This document shows positions 28,738 to 40,000 of a DNA stretch of 64,000 nt, piece by piece. The notes under the pieces were generated by a model. That model ran no database searches, was not told where the DNA came from, and saw nothing but the letters and a program-made list of their open reading frames with translations. Source of the DNA: Octopus sinensis (taxonomy: Eukaryota); contig NC_043015.1 of assembly GCF_006345805.1 (NCBI RefSeq), forward strand, positions 13,826,001-13,890,000, in the 5' to 3' direction. The translations under genes were made by a program, and so were the position numbers. Every line of letters begins with the position of its first letter. Position 1 is the first letter of the stretch.

Positions 28738-29505
28738 TTAGTTAATCCAAACAAGAAAACACAAAAAAAACACAATAACGCAAGGACGTGGAACAAATAT
28801 AGTATTATTGGATGCTCAGGAAAGAAGGAGGGTTTAACATTTTGAGCAGAGCTCTTCGTCGGAAACATAGGAGAAGGAAAGATCCAGAGAAGGGAAGACA
28901 GAGGAAAAAAAAAATAGCCAACGGTACAAACAAGGTCACATTTTGAAAGACCGTGTTTATTTATAGATAGATAGATAGATATATGTATGTATGTATATAT
29001 GTATAATCTTGTATCTTATGCGATAAAAATTTTTTCTGTTTGTCAACTTTGAACTATAATGCTTTTTGAATTGCTGTTAAATATAATTGCTTAAATATGT
29101 ATCGCCTTTTTGAAGAAATTATAATGTAATCTACATGTTTTTTAGTGGTTAATGTTTGATGTTTGTAGGCAAGTGTGATGGCCAAGAGGGTGTTTGATAC
29201 GTACAGTAAGCAAGAAGATGAAGCAATGGTCCTCTTTCTTAATATGATAACAAATGGTCGAATCATCATCTTCACAATCAAGGTATGTAATTATGATGCT
29301 TGCTTACTTCTAACCTCTTTATGTGTGTGCATATATATAATATGGCGCAGGAGTGGATGTGTGGTAAGTAGCTTGTTTACCAACCACATGGTTCCGGGTT
29401 CAGTCCCACTGCATGGCACCTTGGGCAAGTGTCTTCTACTATAGCCTTGGGCCGACCAAAGCCTTGTGAATGGATTTGGTAGACAGAAACTGAAAGAACC
29501 CGTCG

Positions 29506-29536
<31 letters not shown>

Positions 29537-32500
29537 GTGTGTGTGTGTTTGTGTGTCTGTGTTTGTCCCATCCAACATCGCTTGACAACCGAAGCTGGTG
29601 TGTTTATGTCCCCGTCACTTAGCGATTCGGCAAAAGCGACCAATAGAATAAGTACTAGGCTTACAAAGAATAAGTCCCGCAGTCAAATGACTGAAACAAG
29701 TAAAAGAGAAAGAGAATATCCGTACAGGTGATTCCCAGGCATGATCAACTGAGACTAGGAATATTATTCAACCATCTTGTTTGTGGTTCTACTTCTAGGT
29801 CCTTCATATGTTGCCTTGGCTTGAAGAGTCTATCTTGTGACCCTTTTCTGTGGCATTCTAACCATATCCCTGTAATACCATTGCTGTGACTTCTCACTGC
29901 AGAGAAGTAGCAGCTTGATCTGAAGAAACTCTCTGATCCCCAAGCTATGCACCTTGTTGAGTAATGTTACTCTAGAGATCTTTCATAGGAACCCCATTCC
30001 AGCTGTTTGTATTCACAGTCATTACCCAACATTTATGACCATTGATGAGCATTGGATTGAAAACCAAATTGAAGATTTTTTTTTTTTTTACTAAATTCTC
30101 TTCTGAGGATCAAATGCTGAAGCTGGCACATTACTATACCAACAACTACAATTCTAGCATCCAATTCAGCTTCCTGTCTCCTGACACTCATGAATACAGC
30201 GTCCAGATACTTTGACCTTTCCTCTTGCCTCAGTGATGTTTCACTAACATGCAGTGTGCTCTGCATAATGTATATTCCCCATCATGGAAATATAGAGAAC
30301 CATTAGCCTAATCTATATTAAACAGACTATAAGGAACTTGGTTTCTTGCAAAATATTTTGTGCTATTGATTTAGTTTTTTTCTTGTATATGTCTCCTGAA
30401 GTAGAATTATGAAATCTTTGTGTTTACCTTTTTAGGATGAAGGATCCTTTCAACTGAAACAGACTGCTCGCAATGCATTGAAGCAGCTTGGCAGTGAGAA
30501 AGCTGATTTCCTCAACTGGAGAGACATGTGGGCATTTATCACAATTAAAAAAAGCAAGTATTTCCACTTAGGCGTTTTTGACTATATTATAAGCCCCTAG
30601 GTTTTTGATTATTTCATACCTCTCACTTTTAAAATAAATCTATATTAAATTGATGTATACTGTCAATCTAACACGAACGTGACAGTAGGACGGTACACCA
30701 CTGCTGTTTAGCCCTAGGAAGCATCGACGCCTCCTGATGGCTTTGACACATTTTTCCTGTGTCCTTATATACATTTTCGTAAATGTATATAAGGACACAG
30801 GAAAAATGTGTCAAAGCCATCAGGAGGCGTCGATGCTTCCTAGGGCTAAACCGCAGTGGTGTACCGCCCTACTGTCACGTTCGTGTTAGATTGACAGTAT
30901 ACAACCATTCTATCGCCCCACCACCGTACATGTCTCTACGAGAGATTTAGAAATTTAGTATTTCTGACTATATTGAATTGCGATTTCAATTTTATTTAAT
31001 GTAACTTCTCATAAGTACTGCATTTAATGTGTAAACAACTACGACACTCCTAACCACATTGCTTTCTATCAGTGCACTTATTTTGTCTACTCATATCTAC
31101 CATGGTTTTCTCTCTTTTTGTTTTGTAAAAAGTAAAAGCTTGCTTGCTAACCACATGGTTCAGGGTTCAATACCACTGTGTAACACCTTGAGCAAGTGTC
31201 TTCTACTATAGCCATGGGTGGACCAAAGCCTTGTGAGTGGATTTGGTGAACAGAAACTGAAAGAAGCCCATCGTATATTTGTGTGTGTGTGTGTGTGTCA
31301 CCCCTACCCCACTACTTGGCAACCAGTGCTGGTATATTTACTTCCCCATAACTTAGCGGTTCTGCAAATAAGACCAATTGATCAGGCTTTAAAAAAATAA
31401 GTTTTGGGGTTGATACCAAAAAATGCTTCAAGGTGGTGCCCCAGCATGGCCACAGTCTAATGACTGAAATAAGTAAGAGATAAAAGAGAAATAAATTTAA
31501 TGGTGGAATCAGAAGATAATCATTCCTCATGTCCCTTTTTGCTGGACCTTCAAGACTGGTAGGAGAAAAAGAAACTTAACTCAAACACTTGCAACTGAGT
31601 GGGCTGTGTTAATAGCATTGAAAGGCCAGGTGGTGGTATTAAACTTGTTAAACTAAGTAATGGATTAAGTCTACCACTCAGAAACGGGAGCAGACCTTCC
31701 AGTAGGTTTCCACACAAGTTGTAAAATAGCAAATTTCTCTTAGATTTTGGTCAACCCAAAATTATGGTGGGAGACATTTGGCCAAGATGCTGCAGACTAG
31801 GATTGAACTTGGTTGGTCCACATTACTCTGTTTCCCAGTTTCACTGGCATTATACATTCCTCCCTGGATAGGATGCTGGCCCATTATAGGAATACTCTTT
31901 TTTGCCAGCTGAGTGGACTGGAGCAACATGAAATGAAGTGTTTTGCTCAAGAACACAATGCATCACCTAGTCCAGCAATCAAAACCACAATCTTACAATT
32001 GTAAGTTTAACACCCTAACCACTAAGCCATGCACCTCCGCAGGACTGAATTGTTCAGCAAACTCTTAACTACTCATTCATACCTGCACTCATTTCTTAAC
32101 CACGATTTTTTTTCTAATTTCCTGTTCTACTCTCGTTATCTCAAATTGCACTTGAATAGATAAAGAAAAAGAATTAAAGTATTAACTGATTGTGTATAAA
32201 TGTTACTGTTTGTATGCTATGTAAAACATATGAGTACATTTAAGATTCATGTGAATTAGTGTATAAAAGTTTCTGTCCCTGTTTTTTACAGGTGAGAAAG
32301 TGGCCGAAGCATATAGCAAGTCTCTTGATTTATCAAGTTGGGGAGAAAAAGTGACTCTTACTGCAGCAATACCATTAGTACCAGCTGAATGTAAGTAATA
32401 ATTTAATTTTAACCACTTGGGTACGCTTGAATATCCTCTGGTTTCTTTTTGTTTCAGATATATTGTATTTAGGACTGTGTTATCCAACGTGTCCTTCATC

Positions 32501-35500
32501 TTGCCTGTTACTCTAATGGTTCTGCTAACTCACTACCAGTAGTGGTGGAGGCAGCAGCAGTAGTTGTTTCTAATCTAGACACGTGGCTAACTATTTTGCG
32601 GGGCAAAGGGATAGTCAGTACCATCAACCCCACTACTTGACTGGTTCTCTATCCAACAACCCCAAAAGATGAAAGACAAAGTTGACCATTACAGGATGTG
32701 AATTCTGAGCATAAAGCTGTAGAACAAATACCACATGACATTTTGTCTGATGCTTTATCAGCCCAGGGAGATGAAAGGTAAATACAAAGCCAGTGGGGTT
32801 TTGAACCCAAAAGAGATGAAACTCAATACTGCCAGGTACTCAATTTAGTAGCGGCGTACTGTTTCTTCCTCACCATCATATTGTAATAATTCTTTCTACT
32901 AAGGGTACAAGGCCTGAAATTTGGTGGGAGGGGACTAGCCAATTACATTGATCCCAGTGTTTCACTGGTATTTAATTTATCAACCCCAAAAGGATGAAAG
33001 GGAAAGTTGACCTCAGCAGAATTTGAACTCAGAACGTAGTGATGGGCGAAATACTGCGAAGTATTTCATCCAGCATGTTAACAATTCTGCCAGCTCGCCG
33101 CCTTACCTTGTAATAATAGTGCTAAGGATGAAAAAGAAAAAAAGAAATATTAGTTGTAGTGATAGTATTAATTGTAGTAAAGGTAGTAACTTTTCTATTT
33201 AGATCAGTGTTTCCCAACCTATTTTCCCACAAGCCTAACTCTCCAGAAAAATGTATGCTCCACCAGTAGTTGGCAAGCTGGCAGAATTGCTAGTATGCCA
33301 GACAAAATACTTAGTGGTGTTTCATCTGTCTTAATGTTCTGAGTTCAAATTCCACCAAGGTCAGCTTTGCCTTTCATCCTTTCAAGGTTGATCAAATAAC
33401 TACCAGTTGAGCACTGGGGTCAATGTAATCAACTGAACACCTTCCCAAATTGCTGGCCTTGTGCCAAAGTTTGAAACTAATATTTCATAATTATATACTT
33501 TCCTTAAAGAAATATCCACACTAAGGCGTTAGGATAGTACTATACTGTAGCAAACCGTCTTTACACAGTATGCTTGGCTTGAGGGATTGGTTTGGCTAGG
33601 TTGTGAATAGGTGTAGTATGTTTGCTGCGTACAAAAGATTTTCACAATTTCATGTCTTAACTTAAAAAAAAAAAATAAGAAATTTTGGAAACCACGGTCC
33701 ACCAAAATTTTCCCAGCCCCCACTGGTGGGGCATATACCCGACATTGGAAGTCACTGATTTAGATTGTATACTGAATATTGTTTTTATTTTTGTAGTGAG
33801 TGAATGCCAATGGCCAGATGACGAAATCAACAATCGGCGTCGGACATTCTGCTCTAAAGTTGAAGGTTATGGTAGTGTTTGTCAGTGCAAGGATCCCGCC
33901 CCAATTGTTTTCAGTCCAAGTACCGTAAGTTTCTTTTTTTTTTCTTATTATTATTATTACTAATTTTCAGTTTAAATTTTTTATATATTTGCTATTAGGA
34001 TGTCATCATCACATTTAGCCCCTTTGTTACCATATTTCTGTTGAGATGCTCTGTGTTTCTTTCAAATAATCTTAATATATAAAACAGAGTTTGTGTGCGT
34101 GTGTGTTTTGTTGTGAAAAAAATACTTTTTCTCAGAATATTTTGCACAATAATTTCTCAACTTTGTGTTAAAGGACATCCTGTTAAAACATTTCTTAGGT
34201 ATTATGTCAGCAGTTGTGTTTCTGAAACATCTAAAGTAGCACTGTAAAATGTGTAAGAATATCTATTTGAGAAAATATATCTAATCTCTATATGTATAAA
34301 ACTGAGAATGTGTGTCTGTCTGTGTGTTTCCCTAAAACTCGAGAACTACACAACCAATTTCATTCAAATTTTACACATGCCTTACTAAGGGTCCGGGGAG
34401 TGTCATCGGCAAAAACAAAGTTCATCTTCTTGCCTAGAGCGAGCCCATAGCAATATCATATCTTCTCCACTATTTCAGTATTACGTGTTAAAAGTGAAAC
34501 AAAAACATTTCTCTATTTTATGTCAGATACTTTCACTTTAACAATAAAAATAATAATAACAATTGAATTATATGTAGTAAGCAATAATTAAAATCAAACT
34601 AACGTATAATATAATCGTAACATAACAAAAGTAAAAATAGCAATTGGTATAAAATTGCATCAATGACTTGAACTTGAATAAGTGGTTTCACATGAATGGG
34701 AATAAATTAAAAATAAAATTAGCATGCAGAAATGGAATAGTCCAGATGGATAATAAAAAATTAAATTAAAGAAAAGACTATTGTCTATAAAGTATACAAT
34801 GTAGAGAAAAAAGATTTGAACACCTGGAGGAAAGCACCTTCGAAAAATGTCTTGGTGCGACTATGAAAGATATCTAACCAGAGGCGGTAAATTCGCCATA
34901 ATAGAAGCAAGGTTCGAGTCAACAGAGCGTGCAAGGGAGTACTCGACTCGAACTTGCAAAGTGGAAATATTTTATTTTTACCTTTATATCTGGGACGTAG
35001 GACATGCCGGATAAAAATTTAAAATGCCCCCCCCCCCCCTGAAGTTGAGGTAGGCTGGATTATAGCCACACTTTTATACAAGAGGGAGGACAAGATACAA
35101 TTGATCGAAATTACAAGAGACGGGCTTACAATTCCAGTCTGTTATATATTTTGAGTATTGTTATCTCTCGCGATATCAAGATATAACTTTGTATTTTATG
35201 TATATATATATAGATGTACATGTAATATGTACACATATATATACACATATATACATGCTCTAGCACTATGACCCGGCAACGACGGGTCATAATGCTAGTA
35301 ACATCTAAAAAAAAAAAATAGGAGAAATGAAACTGAGAGATTATTGTCAAGAGAGTTTGTGACAGAAAGGAAATAGTTCTAATCAAAGCTAAACTGTGGG
35401 TTCTTCTCTTGTCAAGAAATTCCTGAGGTGGAATTGTGATCACCTCAGGAATAATTATTTGCATATTTAAATTATTATGTACATACATATCTACATATAT

Positions 35501-36105
35501 TCATCAATAGTTTTTTTTTTTTATGACATATATGTTATTCATTTATATTTGAGCTGTATTTAAGTTATTGGCAATTAAAATTATTTTCTTCCACAGCTCC
35601 CACAACAGAAAATCTCACAGGTGCCTGTAGCTGTGATAGCAAGTGACCGGCCGCACTATTTGTACAGGTTTGTTGAAATCTTTTGGCAAATATAACAACT
35701 GGCTTATATTCATTTACTTATGAATTTTAGAACCTTTGTCGATTACCTTTATGGCAGAGGTAGACACTTTTTACACAATTATCTTTAGGGAAAGCATATG
35801 ACGTTTCACTTAACTATTTATACATGAATAGTTACGTTGACTAGCTTTATGAAACAAGTGTTGGACTTGAGTTCACTCCCTTTACTAGAGATCTGTTGCT
35901 AATATACTCTTTTACTTGTTTGTCATTTGACTGTGGCCATGCTGGAGCACCGCCTTTAGTCGAGGAAATCGACCCCAGGACTTATTCTTTGTAAGCCTAG
36001 TATTTATTCCATCGGTGTCTATTGCCAAACCGCTAAGTTACGGGGACATAAACACACCAGCATTGGTTGTCAAGTGATATTGTTGGGGACAGACACAAAC
36101 ACACT

Positions 36106-36138
<33 letters not shown>

Positions 36139-37034
36139 ACATATATATATATATACACACATATATGACAGGCATCTTTCAGTTTCCGTCTACCAATTCC
36201 ATTCACAAGGCTTTGGTCGGCCCGAGGCTATAGTAGAAGACACTTGCCCAAGGTGCCATGCAGTGGGACTGAACCCGGAACCATGTGGTTGGTAAGCAAG
36301 CTACTTACCACACAGCCACTGCTGCACCTATATGTTTTTTTTTTAAATCTACGTTTCAAAAGTTTTCTTGGAAAATATTCTATTCATCTCTTATTTTCAT
36401 TCATTGGATAGCAGCCTTGTTGGAATACACAGCCTTTGAGAGCTGGTCATATTGATCCCAATATTTATCTCAGTCTAGTATTTATTTTATCCCTTTTTGT
36501 TTATTGAACCATTAAATTATAAGATATAAAGGGACTCTGCATAAACACAACTTCGGTTTAACTGGTATAAACACATACACACATATAAGGATTCTACTTA
36601 GGCATGGTGTTACTAATAACCAGTTGTTTTAATTTCAATATAATTATGCTTTAGACCAGTGCTTCTCAACAAGGGTCCATTTATGGTTTTGTTGTTCAAA
36701 TTTATGCGCAATAAAATCAGTTATACTTCTACAATGCATAAAATATTTTAGCAAACTTTTATATAATTTCAGATAATATTTAGTTATAAAAATATAATGG
36801 GATTTTTTAAAACATTGAATGTCTATGGAGAATACAGTGCAGGAAAATACAAATCAAAGGGACCCACTGCTTTAGAGTAAAATGTTAGACTATTTGCATG
36901 TAATACCAATTAATAAATGTCGAGAGAACAGGAGTTGCGTAATCTCTATACGCTCAGAGCTATGTGCTTGTGCAACATCCTCTAGCTTCCTTGAAGCCAT
37001 TAAAATGAAGTGTATGTTTATTTTAGAAAGCTGT

Positions 37035-37085
<51 letters not shown>

Positions 37086-40000
37086 CAACATGACTAGTTC
37101 CCATGCTGGAGGCATGTAAAAAGCACTCACTATACTCTCAGAGTGGTTGGCATTAGGAAGGGCATCCAGTTAGAAACCTTGCCAAATCAGATTGGAGCTT
37201 GGTGCAGCCAGCCTCCTGGCTTGCCAGTCCTCAGTCAAACCATCCAACCCATGTCAGCATGGAAAGCGGATGTTAAATGATAATGATATATATATGGCAG
37301 GTTTCCAAAACGGCCAAATTCCTCACATAAGGCATTGGTCTGTCCAATGTATCACACAATGGGATTGAGCCTGGAACCGTTAACTTACAATCAAACCTGT
37401 TACCCATGCAGCTTTACCTACATGGGCTTTACAAGTATTTGCCTTTCAGTTCTTCCAACCCGTGCTAGCACGGAAAACGGACGTTAAACAATGATGATGA
37501 TTGCCTGAATTGCTTTTAGATTTTTCTGATAATTCCAATTCATTGTTGTACGTTTGCCTGTACCATGCCATCTAAACAAGATATACTAATTATAGTAAAA
37601 AGGTGCTGGTTAAGTATAACTTTGTTAGCATTTCATATCTAATCTAATGATAATTGAAAGGCAATCTTTAACACATTAAATGTATAGGAAAATGCCAAGT
37701 TAAAGCTGTGAAAATTGAAGGAGTTACCAATTGACTTTACAATTAAAATATAATTAATGGGCATAGAGGCACAGGAGTGTGTTAAGAAGTTTGCTTCCCA
37801 ATTACATAGTTCCTGGTTCAGCCCCACTTTGTGACACTTTGGGCAACTGTCTTCTACTATAGCCTCAGGCTGACCAAAGCCTTGTGAGTGGGTTTGGTAG
37901 ACAGAAACTGAAGGAAGCGCATTGTATGTGCGTGTGTGTATTTGTCCTCCCCCACTGCTTGACAGCTGGTGTTGGTGCACTTACATCCTCATGATGTAGT
38001 GGTTCAGCAAAAGAGAATAATACAATAAGTACCAGGCTTTATGAAAATGTACTGGAGTTGATAAATTCAGCTAAAACTCTTCAAGGCAGTGTCCCAGGAT
38101 GGTTGTTGTCTAATGACTGAATCAAGTAAAAGATAAAAGATTATACAGTATTGTTATTTGCAGTCCTGTTGTTGTTTAACTCCATGTCAATTCTGATGAG
38201 TAAATCTATGACAAACTGCATTCCAATAATGAATATTCCATTTTTTACAAGGACTTAGTGTGTCCAAGGCCACATTCTTCAATGTTTCCTACCATCCTTT
38301 AAGACAGGAAGATGTGATTTGAGGCAGATTTGGTTGCTATTTCTAGTGGTTTGGACAATTATGTAAAGACTTAGTTGTGCTGTTTGCACACAAATTGGAA
38401 ATAGTGTCTTTAAACACATCTTTATATATTTTTTACTTGTATCAGTCATTGGAATACTGCCATGCTGGTTTTTATCAAGCAAATTCACCCAAGTAATTAT
38501 ATTGTTTCTTAGTCTAGTACTTATTCTGTTAGTCTCATGTTACTGAGATGTAAACAAACCAATACTGTTTGTCAAGTGGTGGGGTGAGGAAGACAAAACA
38601 CAAGCACACATACATGCGTGTACATGCATGCATATGTATGGCAGGCTTTCACAGTTTCCATCTACCAAATTCATGGCCTGGGTTATAGTAGAAGACACTT
38701 GTCCAAGGTGCTGCACAGTGGGCTCAAACATGAAACTACAAAGTTGCAAAGCCTCAATGTAGAATTCCAGATGGAGTACTTTTGTGCAATAGAGATTATC
38801 TGTTTTGAATAGATAAAACTGTTGTACATGCTATTTGTAAATGTTGTGGACTTTTGAAATTGGGTTTAAATATTTCATCTGTCAGCTGGTTAATGTTGCA
38901 GATGTTGGGAACCCACAAAACAATATTCAACAATACACACAGAAGACAGATATTTAAATGTGATTAACGTCCACTTGAAAGGTTCTCACATGTAGTCCTA
39001 ACTCAAAGTGATTATGCACTGATATAATATGCAGAGGATTAATCAGCAAGCCTCTACTTAGTCGCTTGGTTTATGATAAATAGTGATCAAGTCTCCTTCA
39101 AATTTCACCTTGCTGTGTTTAAAAGAATAATATGATTCTCTATATACTGGCAGGGTGGGGGGACCCAGATCAATGCTCATGGATGGAATGCCTTTTGAAC
39201 ATAGCTCTATTTGGGTAGACGTTGACCTCGGGCTTATATTTTTAGAATACCTAAAGATTGTTATTTGATTATGTCTGCATACCTCACTGAGAATGTTAGC
39301 ATGGTTAGCTTGAAAAATCAAAAACAGCAATCAGTTTATTTTGTTGCAAATGAAAGGTCTGCTATGACTCAAGCTCCCAATTCAAATTCATAATGGAATT
39401 GGATGATGACAGAGAGTCATGGAAAGTATTGAAAAAAAAATTGATTTGAACAAATGCTGACATATTGCTTATATTCACTATAAAAACAACTGGTTTATGG
39501 TAGGATTTGAATTCATAAGCAAGAAAGACTAAACTAGTTCAGCAAAGTATTTGGTTTCATATGTTGTTCTCTCTACCACATTTCATTACCTGAGATTATT
39601 TCATTTCATATAAAATGTCATTTCTCTTTTTAAATATTGTTATATCTGAAATATCCCTCTTTATTGCAGAATGTTGCAGTCAATCTTGTCAACTCCTGGA
39701 GCTAATCCTGACATGATAACAGTATTTATTGATGGTTACTATGAGGTATAGAATATGATTATTTTGTTTTTTCTTAATTTTCCATTTTAATTACTATTGA
39801 TTTATTGATCAATTCTATGTGACAAAGTGTAATATAATGGTTAGATTGTGAGATTTAATTGTAAGTGGAAAACCTACATTAAAAAAACCCCCCAAAAATT
39901 ATTATATTCACTTTTTGTTTATTTCTTGCGATCACAAAACTTTTGGCACATCACTCTGACCTGGACACTACAACAGTTACACTGTAGATACTTGAAACTA

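Noticed and set aside
29343-29420. A-box/B-box segments as tRNA genes
   Set aside because: They continue into SINE bodies and do not fold into a complete cloverleaf.
30555-30563. Canonical GT donor at 30558 for exon 6
   Set aside because: It gives 122 nt, phase 2, which is out of frame with exon 7.
39058-39330. 90-aa minus-strand ORF in intron 9
   Set aside because: No recognisable domain or splice context; this length is compatible with chance.
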